Counted from the stretch's first letter, positions 29,446 through 39,737 are shown. The stretch: 39,965 nucleotides of DNA from Pseudomonadota bacterium (GCA_043820105.1 JBDREC010000089.1:1-39965); one strand, 5' to 3'. Notes: a model not told the origin generated them from the letters alone. Numbers and translations: made by a program.

Positions 29446-29952
29446 CTAATTTTTCTTCTTATCATAATCGAAAAGAGAATCTTTTTTGCCTTTATCATCA
29501 TATGGCTGGCCATAGCTTTGATTATAAGTTCCTTCTTGCCCAGGCATTCCACCTCCAGGAGCAGGAACTATAACAGGAGCTGGCTGACCCCATTGTGTTT
29601 TTTGATCTTCGGTTTCTCCTGGCATGCCACCCTTGCCTGATCCACCACCACCTTTAACCTTCTCACAATAAGATCCATTCCAAACATAATTAGCAGGACA
29701 TTTTAGAGTAGTACAAACCCCTTTTCCTGGGTCCCATTTTAAGGCTGGTGGGCAAACACAGCTTTTAACTTTAGTATTAAAAACCTTATTTTTGGGACAA
29801 GAAATACCTTTAATCCATACGGGCTTTGGTGGAGCAAAGGCTTTTTCTATCATCATAGTCTCAATTGTTGGAACAAGATAGGGAAGAAGTAGGGCAGACT
29901 TTGCTGACTTTTTTAAAAAATCTCTTCTTTTATTATCTGTTTTATGTGCCAT
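29446..29952 (-). CDS. Putative precursor/substrate protein: twin-arginine plus YxxP leader, three Cys-pair repeats, Gly/Pro-rich tail
   Basis: RRDFLKK, PYLVPTI, AFA; CPKNKVFNTKVKSC, CPPALKWDPGKGVC, CPANYVWNGSYC; two GGMPG...[WY]GQP repeats. Confidence 0.7.
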   Translation of the reverse strand: MAHKTDNKRRDFLKKSAKSALLLPYLVPTIETMMIEKAFAPPKPVWIKGISCPKNKVFNTKVKSCVCPPALKWDPGKGVCTTLKCPANYVWNGSYCEKVKGGGGSGKGGMPGETEDQKTQWGQPAPVIVPAPGGGMPGQEGTYNQSYGQPYDDKGKKDSLFDYDKKKN

Positions 29953-29997
29953 AAAATTAATTTTCCGAATAAGTTTAAATAGTTACATGAAGCAGTT

Positions 29998-30026
29998 ATT
30001 ATACCATTATATTAATAAAAAAGCAA
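29998..30026 (-). promoter_or_regulatory. Sigma70 promoter with extended -10 for the RiPP-like cassette
   Basis: Minus strand TTGCTT-N17-TATAAT with TG immediately upstream of the -10 box (TGGTATAAT). Confidence 0.7.
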
Positions 30027-30036
30027 TATCAAATAC

Positions 30037-32847
30037 TTAGAAAATTCCCATTGAAAAATGAAAATTCCCAAGAGATTCATTGTCTTGTTTATCAAGTTTG
30101 AAGCCATAATCAAGTTTAATCGGTCCAATGGGTGTAAAATATCTTATACCCAGGCCTGCTGATTTTCTGAAGCTAGTTATATCAAAATCATCAAAATCTG
30201 CATAGACATTTCCGCCATCTGCAAATACTGCAAAATAGAAATCTGAAAAAACAGGGATCATTACTTCTGTCATATAGTTTAGAAAAATATTCCCTCCAAT
30301 AGGCTCTAGTTCGCCAGTAATTTCATCAATTCCAAAGGTCTGACTTGAACCAACAAAATCTTCTGAAAAGCCTCTGACAGAACCTGTGCCACCTAGAAAA
30401 AATCTTTTATCAATGGGTAGTTCACTTGTATCAGAATAAGGATTTGCAAATCCTGCTCTAAGTGAAAAGGCTAGTAGCAATGGTTTAAGAAAAGGCAAAA
30501 AGAAGTCATTTCTAATCATAGACTTATGAAACTCTTCTGCTGAAGCTAAATATTGATTGTATAGCTCATAGTATATAGATCCAAAATATCCACTTGTAGG
30601 TCTAAATCGAGAATCTCTTAAATCTAGTGTTATAATAGGACCAATAGAACCCATGATATATTGTCTTGCTTCAATATCCTCTGATAAAATATTAAAGGTT
30701 TCACTAACTTCAAAAGCATATTTTAAGGCAGTATTTAATATATTTTTATATTTTTTATCTATCTTGAAAGTGACCTTGTTTTCATCACTATCATAGGCTA
30801 TTTCATCTTCAGTTTTATTCAGATAATCAACATTGAAATTGTATCCAGTATTCCAAATATCAGGCTCTCGATAACCAACAGATATACTTCTTTCAGTAAG
30901 ATCAGCGTCCACAATCCTTCTCCTAATCTCACTTCTAAGATATAAAGATTCAGCGCCACCAAAAAAGTTATTGTGGCGAACAAGTGCAAAACCTCTTACA
31001 AAGTTGTCTTTAAAGATAGTATTATCAGCGTCATAAAAGCTACCAACCCCTCCTCCTAACTCTAAGTTAATTGCATTTGATTCTTCTACTTTAATTAAAA
31101 GATCATGATAATTTGAATATTTACCCTTTCCCTTATCTATAATAGAAACTCGCTTAAAAACTCCTAGGCTTTCAATATTGCGTTTGGTTTGAAATAATAG
31201 ATCTGGATTTAAGGGGTCCCCATATTCAAGTTCTATTTTCCTTCTTATAATTCTGTCATTGGTTCTAAAATTTCCTTCTATATTAATATCACCTACAAGT
31301 GCCTTTTCTCCTTCTAAAATATTAAAATCAACTTGAACTGCTGTTTTGTCATCTGAAAAATTAAGCTTTTCAACAACCTTACAATCAATATAACCACTTG
31401 AAAGATATTTTCTTAAAATAAGCCTTTTATCGTTTTCTAGTTCTTCAAGGTTAATGCTAGTATCAACTTTGTTTTTTATTAATTCTTCTATTTCTTTTTT
31501 TGAATAGCTATGAAGTCCTGTTAAATTAATTTTTGTAATAGTAGTTTTAACACCCTCATTAATATTAATATTAAAGCTTCCAGTTTCATTTTCTTTATCT
31601 TGAACAATATTTAAAATTTCACAACTTGCATCTAAATATCCCATACGATTATAAATAGCTTCTATATCAGGGCAAATATATTTAAGCATTTTTTCTTTAT
31701 AATAATACTTATCCTTTGATTTTCCCATTTTTTCTTCAACTATTTTATCAACAGCTTTTTTTGTTAGCTGGGAGGCGCCAATTATATTAAATTCTTTTAT
31801 TGTTGCCACTGGCCCTTTCTCAATATCAAAATCAATAATAAGGTCATTACCTTTCAGATTTGATTCTATTGTAATTTGAGGATTAAAATAACCATTGCTA
31901 TTATAAAAAGCTGTAAGCCCTCTTTTCAGCAATTCAACAAATTTAGGATCATCAACAACAATACTTTCAAAATTCAATTCTGACATTAGCTCTTCTTCTT
32001 TAAAACCTTTATCTCCAGAAAAATCGCTTTTTATCTTATATCCCATTTTAGCTGAAATAAAAATTGTTACATATGAAGAATCAGTATAGGTTTCATATAT
32101 AGGATTGAATACCCTAACTCTATAATAACCTTTTTCCTTATAATACCGAACAAGCCCATCAATTTTAAGTTTAAGGTTTTTGGGGTCAAGGGGCTCATTT
32201 TCTTTTAAAGAAAGTTTTTTTAAAATTTTATTTGTCTCAAGACCAAGAAATCCGTTTAAGTTAACCGTTTTAATTATTGCTTGATTACCTTCATTAATAT
32301 TAAAAACCAAAAGCCTTCCAAAAGTGTTTTCCCTTTGTTTTAACTCAAATTGAATGTTTGTTTTGAAATATCCTTGCTCTCTATACTTATCTAAAGCATT
32401 ATTAATGGCTTCATCTAAATCCAGATCATCAATATACATTCCCTTTTTAATTGAAAGCATGGAAAGAAACTGCTTGTCATTAAAAAGAGCATTTCCATTA
32501 ATTATTAATTCAACTATCTGCTCTTTTTCGACAACTTTAAAGTTTAAATTACATGTTTTTTCAGTCGTTGAACAGGCAGCTGATAAAATAAGATTATTTA
32601 TATTGTTTTCTTTTATGGTTTGTTTAATCAATTTATTAAACAATGATGAATCATAATCTTCTTGAATATTAGTAATAATGTATTCATAAACTCTTTTTTT
32701 ACTCTCCTCATTGTCTGACTGGACAGAAATTTCTCCAATTGCATAGCCAATAACTTGGGCTCGTATATTTCCCTGTAGAAATAAAGAAAGCCCTATAAAT
32801 AAAAACAAAGGGATATTCAAATGTCGTATAATCTTATATAGTCTCAT
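30037..32847 (-). CDS. BamA/TamA (Omp85) family outer-membrane protein with multiple POTRA domains
   Basis: Repeated POTRA signatures (Y...GY...I.EG), RFFLGGTGSVRGF, FADGGNV, GLGIRYFTPIGPIKLDYG, terminal F. Start placed at the ATGA overlap with tamB. Confidence 0.92.
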   Translation of the reverse strand: MRLYKIIRHLNIPLFLFIGLSLFLQGNIRAQVIGYAIGEISVQSDNEESKKRVYEYIITNIQEDYDSSLFNKLIKQTIKENNINNLILSAACSTTEKTCNLNFKVVEKEQIVELIINGNALFNDKQFLSMLSIKKGMYIDDLDLDEAINNALDKYREQGYFKTNIQFELKQRENTFGRLLVFNINEGNQAIIKTVNLNGFLGLETNKILKKLSLKENEPLDPKNLKLKIDGLVRYYKEKGYYRVRVFNPIYETYTDSSYVTIFISAKMGYKIKSDFSGDKGFKEEELMSELNFESIVVDDPKFVELLKRGLTAFYNSNGYFNPQITIESNLKGNDLIIDFDIEKGPVATIKEFNIIGASQLTKKAVDKIVEEKMGKSKDKYYYKEKMLKYICPDIEAIYNRMGYLDASCEILNIVQDKENETGSFNININEGVKTTITKINLTGLHSYSKKEIEELIKNKVDTSINLEELENDKRLILRKYLSSGYIDCKVVEKLNFSDDKTAVQVDFNILEGEKALVGDINIEGNFRTNDRIIRRKIELEYGDPLNPDLLFQTKRNIESLGVFKRVSIIDKGKGKYSNYHDLLIKVEESNAINLELGGGVGSFYDADNTIFKDNFVRGFALVRHNNFFGGAESLYLRSEIRRRIVDADLTERSISVGYREPDIWNTGYNFNVDYLNKTEDEIAYDSDENKVTFKIDKKYKNILNTALKYAFEVSETFNILSEDIEARQYIMGSIGPIITLDLRDSRFRPTSGYFGSIYYELYNQYLASAEEFHKSMIRNDFFLPFLKPLLLAFSLRAGFANPYSDTSELPIDKRFFLGGTGSVRGFSEDFVGSSQTFGIDEITGELEPIGGNIFLNYMTEVMIPVFSDFYFAVFADGGNVYADFDDFDITSFRKSAGLGIRYFTPIGPIKLDYGFKLDKQDNESLGNFHFSMGIF

Positions 32848-35800
32848 TTGAACTCCCATTTAAACTTAAAGCCAACGCCCATTTCACTTGTTTTATTTAT
32901 CCCTCGATCTTTCCAATCAGCAAGCAGTGAAAATGTTTTAATCATTTTATATTCTACATCAGCCGCTTGTTCTCCAATATTCTCCAAAGCTGCCTTATAA
33001 GTGGCTTCTATGTCATCGCTTATTTTTGTGCTTATTAATAAAAAAGGTTGAACTGAGTCAGATACATCTGAATAACTAGGTACAATTTGAAATGTTTTAA
33101 TAAATTTCACTTTTGAGGTAAGCTCATTTTCAATGAACTCCTGGGCTGAACCTGTTAACACTGAAGCTGCTTCCCACTTTCCAACCTCAGCTGACTCAAT
33201 GCTTTTAGCAGTAACGCCAACTTCTATTAATGAAAGAATATCATAGTCATCAAGATATGGTTCTGAAGTAAATGTAGTACTAAAGTTTTGAAGATTGCCT
33301 CCTGCATTAAAATAAATTCTATAAGGAATTTTTTCGACTTTTTCCATTACTTCTGTTTGGGCAATTACCTCAAACATAGGATTAATGCTTGTCGGGTCAC
33401 TAAATTTGAGTGCGCCGATTATAATTTCGAATTCATGTTCTCTGAAAAAGACTTTTCCTTTTTCTGTTTTTATTTGACCAATTACACTAGGTTTATCAAG
33501 ACTTCCTGAAATTTTCAAGTTTCCACCCAATTGAGACCTTGCCACATTGTTATCTATAAGTATTGAATCCTCACTAATAATAACAAGGTTAAGGTTTAGC
33601 TTACTATCATCTGATGTAGACAATCCCTTTGGTTTCTTTTTTTTCTTAATAAAGTTCAAAGTATTTAAAAGATCTGTTTTCCAATTAACTTTTCTTAAGT
33701 ATTTTGCTTCTTTAATATTAATGTTTCCACTGATATCTGGAGATGATAAGGGTCCATTAAAGGCCAAGTCTCCATTTAATATCATTGAAACCTGTGGCAA
33801 AATTTCAAAGGAAATATCATTAAGACTAAAGTTAGTATAAACGCTATCAGGCACAAATCCCCTAAAAGCTAAATAACCCTGGCCACTAATATTACCATCT
33901 CCTAATGTACAAGTAATTTTATCAAAAACCATTTTATCTTGATTAAAATTAAACTCAATAAAAGGATCAACAAAAGGTTGCTTTAAATTTCCTATGCTAA
34001 AATATGATCCAATAATTTTGCCTTTTCCATGGAGAATAGGATTATCAATTTCCCCTCTAATATTTAAAGCAAACTCGATATCTGCATCTATTCCGGATAT
34101 GGCAGGCACTAAAGCAGTCAATGGATTTAATGGTAAAAACCCTTCAAGTTTGAAATCAATATTTTTATTAAAATCGCCCTTTGCAAATATTTTAATTAGC
34201 TTTTCATTAATTTTTGCTTCCCATGGGCTAATTTTATATTTTCCATTTGAGGCCAAAATATTAATAGGGCCGGTATTTGAAATTGAATTTCCCTTAAAAG
34301 TAAAATTTACCCTGGAAATATCAATATCAGCATTCAAATTTTTAATATCATTTGTTTTGGATTTTATAACTCCCTTTGAATCTAGCAATAAAGTTGGCGT
34401 TGAACCATTTCCAATCATTGACAAGCTCTTAAATAAAAATCCGAGATCAAGATTTCTTGTGTCATATCTTAAATTAAGATATTGTTTGTCAATATCAATA
34501 TTAGAAGTGACTTCAATCTTTTCAAGAAGTTTTGCATTCACTGATACAACATTATCTTCCATGTTAAAGTCAATTTGTGAATCAGCAAGAGCCTGTCCAT
34601 CATAATTAGTTTCACCAAGAATTAAGTTCCCCTGGCTTTTTAGTTTATCTTTATAGTTTATTGAAAGCGTTCCTGTCAGCTTACTGTCTAACTTAAAACT
34701 TTCATCATTTATCATCTTTTTAATTGGCAGATCAGCTATCGTAAGCTTTAAATCAGTCTCTTCTGGTGAAACAAAACCACTAGCTACCATTTGACCTTCT
34801 TCACAGGAAAAGTGATCAATAATTAATTTATCATTTTCATATTTCAATGAAATTGTTGGTGATTGAAATGAATTTTCATTAAAATCAAGGCTCCTGCCTC
34901 GTAAGTTTAGATGACCTGATTTTGAACCATTTTTAATTTCAAAAACACCAGATCCACTTAAAAACCCTGATGGCAGATAATCTGCTTTTAAGTTTGGATA
35001 AATTTTTAAAAGATCCTGGGGATTAAATTTTCTAACATAAATATTCGCCTCTGCAGCAAAATCATCGCTAGAAAAATCACTTTTAATATCGATTTGAGCA
35101 GATGAATTATATGCTTTTACACTTAAATCTTTAATTGATATTTTACTGTCTTTTAAGGCAAAGCTTCCATAAAGGTTATTAATATTAAACTTATCATACT
35201 TCAATTTGCTTAGGTTAAAAGATGTCGCGATCTGAAGATTGCTATATTTTCCCCAAACCCTTCCCTCTATTTTTTCAGCAAAGCCCTTTAGTTGCTTAGA
35301 AAAAACCAGGCCCTGAGGGAGGTTTATTTTTTCTGCATTATAGCTAATGTCCATTGAGTCTGTAAAATCAAAAAGGGCTTTTGCGTTTATTTTATTGCCT
35401 TTATATGATATTAAACCCTCTGTAATATCAAGACGATTTTTATTGATGTTCAAGCTTGTTTGTAGTTTAGCATTCGTAATATTAACAAGCTCAGTTGAAC
35501 CATTTATTCTGATATTAGAGCAATCAAGATCTGTTTTTCCTGACAAAGAAAATTCATTTAACCTCCCAGTAAACTGAGCACTTCCATTAATTAAAATATC
35601 TATCCTTTTGGTTGAGGCTTTTACAGATTTTAATATCTCTGATAAAAAAACGTTCTTTGAATTTAGCTTACCAGAAAAATTCAAATCTTTATTGCTAATA
35701 TCTATTGATGAATCTATATGCAATTCACCTTTTTTTTTAGTATTAAATATACCACTGAGCTTAAATACATGTTCTCTGTTAAAGATTTCAAAATTTGCAT

Positions 35801-36716
35801 CATTTATTAAAAATCCATCTAAGTTAACTTTCGACAATAAAAGATTGGATTTTCCATAAACCTTTCCTCTTTTTTTTGAGCCAAGAACGTAGTTGGAAAC
35901 ATATTTTATTTTTCCAGAAAAACCGGAATTAAATTTTAAACATTTTTTATATTGATCAAGATCTATTTTACCCTTCGTGAAAAAGCTAAAAATTCCACTT
36001 TTAAGAATATATTTTCCCTTTAATTTATGCTCATCATTTCCTGTTTTATAATCTAAGGAATCAATAGAGATATATTTATTGCTCATTGTTATTAGCAGTT
36101 TTTCAATCAAAAGAGGTGGGCATTCTATATTGTCTTTATAAACTTTTACTTTCCCATCGCGAAGCAAAATAGGGTCCCCAGTTGATGCCTGATTATCAAA
36201 AGCCAGTCTTCCAACTATATGGGGCACAATTCCTTTTGCATAAATTTTATTTTTTTCATCTGTATAGGAAAAGGATAAGTTAGAAATATTAATTTTTTCG
36301 ATTTTAAATTTTGTTAATGTATTTATTTTTGATTTAATATCGAATTCATCTTGGGTTTTTTCTGAACTTTTAAGGTTTATGGTAACAGACTCCACTTTTA
36401 AAAGACCGATATCAACTTTGCCAACAAATATTTTAAAAACGCTAAATTCCAATAGAAGGTTGTTAATATAAATAGAATAACTATTCTCTTTTTTATCAAT
36501 AAATTGAAGTCCGTTTATTTGAACTTGTGGTGGAAAGAAATTTATAGAAAAATCATTAACTTTTAAATCTATACCTGCATAAGAAGCACCTCTAGAGGCA
36601 AGTTGTTTAACAACATATTCTTTAAAAAAGTCTGTTTTTACAAGAATGACAATAGATGCAGATGAAATCACTACAGCTATTAGAAATCCAAGTAGCAATT
36701 TATGTCTTTTCTTCAT
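32844..36716 (-). CDS. tamB: Translocation and assembly module TamB / AsmA-like protein
   Basis: N-terminal TM anchor, long beta-rich body, C-terminal TamB-like region (GSLDKPSVIG, FTSEPYLDDYDILSLI, FKWEF); adjacent to the Omp85 gene. Confidence 0.85.
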   Translation of the reverse strand: MKKRHKLLLGFLIAVVISSASIVILVKTDFFKEYVVKQLASRGASYAGIDLKVNDFSINFFPPQVQINGLQFIDKKENSYSIYINNLLLEFSVFKIFVGKVDIGLLKVESVTINLKSSEKTQDEFDIKSKINTLTKFKIEKINISNLSFSYTDEKNKIYAKGIVPHIVGRLAFDNQASTGDPILLRDGKVKVYKDNIECPPLLIEKLLITMSNKYISIDSLDYKTGNDEHKLKGKYILKSGIFSFFTKGKIDLDQYKKCLKFNSGFSGKIKYVSNYVLGSKKRGKVYGKSNLLLSKVNLDGFLINDANFEIFNREHVFKLSGIFNTKKKGELHIDSSIDISNKDLNFSGKLNSKNVFLSEILKSVKASTKRIDILINGSAQFTGRLNEFSLSGKTDLDCSNIRINGSTELVNITNAKLQTSLNINKNRLDITEGLISYKGNKINAKALFDFTDSMDISYNAEKINLPQGLVFSKQLKGFAEKIEGRVWGKYSNLQIATSFNLSKLKYDKFNINNLYGSFALKDSKISIKDLSVKAYNSSAQIDIKSDFSSDDFAAEANIYVRKFNPQDLLKIYPNLKADYLPSGFLSGSGVFEIKNGSKSGHLNLRGRSLDFNENSFQSPTISLKYENDKLIIDHFSCEEGQMVASGFVSPEETDLKLTIADLPIKKMINDESFKLDSKLTGTLSINYKDKLKSQGNLILGETNYDGQALADSQIDFNMEDNVVSVNAKLLEKIEVTSNIDIDKQYLNLRYDTRNLDLGFLFKSLSMIGNGSTPTLLLDSKGVIKSKTNDIKNLNADIDISRVNFTFKGNSISNTGPINILASNGKYKISPWEAKINEKLIKIFAKGDFNKNIDFKLEGFLPLNPLTALVPAISGIDADIEFALNIRGEIDNPILHGKGKIIGSYFSIGNLKQPFVDPFIEFNFNQDKMVFDKITCTLGDGNISGQGYLAFRGFVPDSVYTNFSLNDISFEILPQVSMILNGDLAFNGPLSSPDISGNINIKEAKYLRKVNWKTDLLNTLNFIKKKKKPKGLSTSDDSKLNLNLVIISEDSILIDNNVARSQLGGNLKISGSLDKPSVIGQIKTEKGKVFFREHEFEIIIGALKFSDPTSINPMFEVIAQTEVMEKVEKIPYRIYFNAGGNLQNFSTTFTSEPYLDDYDILSLIEVGVTAKSIESAEVGKWEAASVLTGSAQEFIENELTSKVKFIKTFQIVPSYSDVSDSVQPFLLISTKISDDIEATYKAALENIGEQAADVEYKMIKTFSLLADWKDRGINKTSEMGVGFKFKWEFK

Positions 36717-36825
36717 TTTTCCTGCAAACAATTTTGGTTTGCATTTTTATTTTAATTACCATAATAAAAATAATACTAACTTAAAAAGCATTCAAAAATA
36801 AACATTTTTTTTAGGAAAAGTCTAC

Positions 36826-37299
36826 ATGCATGATGATATGAAAATTTTATTTATTTGTACTGCTAATATGTGCAGATCTCCTTTTGCTGAAAATTTGGCC
36901 CGTAAAATTTTTACCCAGTACAATTTGAATGATTTTAGCTTTGATTCTGCTGGAACTGCTGCTGAAAACAACTGTAAAGCTGTCAAGGATGCTGTCTTGT
37001 GGGGATGCAAATTTGACCTTGATTTTAAAGAACATCGCTCAAAACAAGTAAGTAAAGAACTTCTTGATGAGGCTGAAATCGTTTGTGCAATGGAAAAACA
37101 CCATTACGAATATTTAAATGCCTATTTCCCTGAATATAAAAATAAAATAAAACTTCTTTCTGAATATGTAATTGGCGGGGAGCGTGGCTTTGATATTCTT
37201 GATCCTGTGGGAAAAAAATCAGCTTATTATGAAAAATCTTTTACTGATATTGACAGGTGCATAAGAGGTTTAGCAGAATTTTGCTCTGAAGAATACTAA
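36826..37299 (+). CDS. Low-molecular-weight protein tyrosine/arginine phosphatase
   Basis: ILFICTANMCRSPFAE, DSAGT, HRSKQ, AME, DILDP. Confidence 0.92.
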   Translation: MHDDMKILFICTANMCRSPFAENLARKIFTQYNLNDFSFDSAGTAAENNCKAVKDAVLWGCKFDLDFKEHRSKQVSKELLDEAEIVCAMEKHHYEYLNAYFPEYKNKIKLLSEYVIGGERGFDILDPVGKKSAYYEKSFTDIDRCIRGLAEFCSEEY

Positions 37300-39695
37300 T
37301 CTTTTTGAATCACCTTGCCTGTTGCCATATCCCCAATAAGCTTAATTGTTTTGTCTTTTTTAACTTCAATACTTGTTCTAATTGTTGGATAATTTGGGTT
37401 TTGAAGTTCTATTTCATATTTTCCTGTTTTCATTTTAAGCTCAGAATAGGTTGTTTCATTGGTAAAGGTGCCATTAACATATATATAAGCCCAGGGGGTT
37501 GCTTGAAAAGAAATTATTCCATAAGTAGGTGGTTTTACTTTTAGTTTTGCATAAACGGTTTTTGGGAAAATGGTACTAGATATTGATTCAGATGAAGAAA
37601 ATTGATGGTATTCTTTATTATTATTTAAACTAATTTTTATATTATATTTTTGATTAAGCTTGATTCCTGGAACCTCTAAGGGAGTTTTTCCAAAATGTTT
37701 GCCATCAATATAAATATCAGCTCCAACTGGGTCAGATTTAATATTAAATTTACCATACATTTTATCCAAAAGCACCATTAGCCTCTCACCGGCATCTTCT
37801 TGAATCATTACATCTTTTGAATAGTCTTTATAATCTTCCTTAGTAAGCTTAATCTTATATGTTTCTCCAAGAGTCATTTTATTAATTGTTGTAGGAGTAT
37901 TAAGCCCAGTATTCTGATTATTGAGATAAATTCTTGCCCCAGGAGGAGATGATGATATATATAAGGTTGTTTCATTGATTATTTTTTCCAAATTAAATTC
38001 AAGAACCTGAATTTCTTCTTCGATATTTCTTCCTCTTTTAACATCTATTTCCTTTTCAATGGTAGTAAATCCTTCTTTTTGGGCGATAATTTTATAGTGC
38101 CCAATTTTCATAGCATCTGCCTTGATTCCTCCTGAAATACTTTTAACCCTTGTGCCGCTAACATTAAGAATATCAATGCTTGCGTCGGCTGGATTAACAT
38201 TGATTGTAACATATCCCTCATTCATAGGAATCGGTTTAACATCAGGGTTATCTTGTACCTTTTGAGAAATATTCCTGTTTTTTTTATATCTATCTTTGAG
38301 CCTTTCATCTTTTCCGCCATCTTTATAATAGACAGTATATGCACCAAAACCAAAAACTAATAGCCCTATCAAAAGAAGTAATTTTTTAGATTTTAAAATA
38401 AACATTAAAGGTGAAAATAAAAGCTTAAAAATTTTGCCAAGACCTGATTTTGACTTCTTTTCATCCTCTGGAATATCTGAGATATAACTTATTGTTTGAT
38501 AAAAAGTATCATCGCCTCTTGGAATTGAGGGTGGCGGAACATCAGCCTTTGATACACTGTAATTTGATTGGCTAAGAGAATTTTCGTCATAAGTAAAAAA
38601 GGATTCATCAACATTGGAGTTTGAATCCTGGCTTCTTGCCCTTGAAATTTCAGAGTTTTCCTGAGCTGATCTGCTATTCTCGGCTAGCTGCTCATTAATA
38701 AGATCATCTATACGTCTTTGGTTTACAATAGTAGATAATTTTTTTCTATCGTCCCTAATTTCGTCTGCAAATAAGGTTTTCATAAATGAAGTAAGCTTTG
38801 TTGCTGCAAAATCAAGAGATGTTGAATATAAAAACTTGGTTAAATCTAGTTGAAACTCACCAGCTGTTTGATATCTTTTTTGTTGATCTCTTTCTAATAC
38901 TCGCAAGGAAATTCGATCAAGGCTCTCCGGAATCTTATTGTTAAAAGTTGACGGTGGATCAATGTGAATCTCTTTCACTTTCTCAAGTGTATCAAAATCA
39001 GTTTCTCCCAAAAACAGGCGTTTCCCAGCAAGCAATTCCCACATCATAATTCCAACTGAGAAAATATCTGACCTGGAATCAATTTCCTCGCCTCTAGCTT
39101 GCTCAGGAGACATGTAACCAAACTTACCCTTAAGTACCCCTGCTTGTGTTTGGGTAATCTTATTGGCAGCCTTTGCTATTCCAAAATCAACAACCTTAAC
39201 TTCACCTTCATACGAAATCATCACATTTTGAGGACTTATATCCCGATGAATAATATGTAAGCTTTCATTTGTGTCATCTCGTTTTTTTCTGTGAGCATAG
39301 TCAAGTCCCTTACAAACCTCTGAAACAATATAAACAACTTGTTCAATTGAAAGTTTAATTCCCTTTGAAATACACTTCTTTGTAATTTCCCTTAAATTTT
39401 TGCCCTCAATAAATTCCATAGCAATGAAATATGTATTGTCGATCTGCCCCAATTCATAAACTTGAGCGAGATTTGAATGTGACAAAGAAACTGATATCTT
39501 TGCCTCATCAATGAACATATTTACAAACTCTTTATCTTCTGAAAGGTGGGGTAAGATCTTCTTAATAACAAGCATTTTTTCAAAGCCGCCAATTCCATAT
39601 TGCTTGGCCTTATATATTTCAGCCATTCCACCAATGGCAATTCTATCTATTAAAAGGTATTTTCCGAAGGGTTTTGGTTTAAAAGATTCACTCAT
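37296..39695 (-). CDS. Hanks-type Ser/Thr protein kinase with TM helix and PEGA domains
   Basis: FGKYLLIDRIAIGGMAEIY, HRDISPQN, DFGIAKA, GKFGYMSPEQ, SDIFS; TM helix; SSPPGARIYLN and SDPVGADIYIDG..GKTP PEGA motifs. Confidence 0.96.
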   Translation of the reverse strand: MSESFKPKPFGKYLLIDRIAIGGMAEIYKAKQYGIGGFEKMLVIKKILPHLSEDKEFVNMFIDEAKISVSLSHSNLAQVYELGQIDNTYFIAMEFIEGKNLREITKKCISKGIKLSIEQVVYIVSEVCKGLDYAHRKKRDDTNESLHIIHRDISPQNVMISYEGEVKVVDFGIAKAANKITQTQAGVLKGKFGYMSPEQARGEEIDSRSDIFSVGIMMWELLAGKRLFLGETDFDTLEKVKEIHIDPPSTFNNKIPESLDRISLRVLERDQQKRYQTAGEFQLDLTKFLYSTSLDFAATKLTSFMKTLFADEIRDDRKKLSTIVNQRRIDDLINEQLAENSRSAQENSEISRARSQDSNSNVDESFFTYDENSLSQSNYSVSKADVPPPSIPRGDDTFYQTISYISDIPEDEKKSKSGLGKIFKLLFSPLMFILKSKKLLLLIGLLVFGFGAYTVYYKDGGKDERLKDRYKKNRNISQKVQDNPDVKPIPMNEGYVTINVNPADASIDILNVSGTRVKSISGGIKADAMKIGHYKIIAQKEGFTTIEKEIDVKRGRNIEEEIQVLEFNLEKIINETTLYISSSPPGARIYLNNQNTGLNTPTTINKMTLGETYKIKLTKEDYKDYSKDVMIQEDAGERLMVLLDKMYGKFNIKSDPVGADIYIDGKHFGKTPLEVPGIKLNQKYNIKISLNNNKEYHQFSSSESISSTIFPKTVYAKLKVKPPTYGIISFQATPWAYIYVNGTFTNETTYSELKMKTGKYEIELQNPNYPTIRTSIEVKKDKTIKLIGDMATGKVIQKD

Positions 39696-39702
39696 TACTT
39701 TT

Positions 39703-39737
39703 GGTATTCGGTATTTGGTATTCAGTATTCGGTAGTA
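39703..39737 (+). repeat. Heptamer tandem repeat (GGTATTC)x~5
   Basis: ggtattc ggtattt ggtattc agtattc ggtagta, just upstream of the kinase start codon. Confidence 0.8.
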
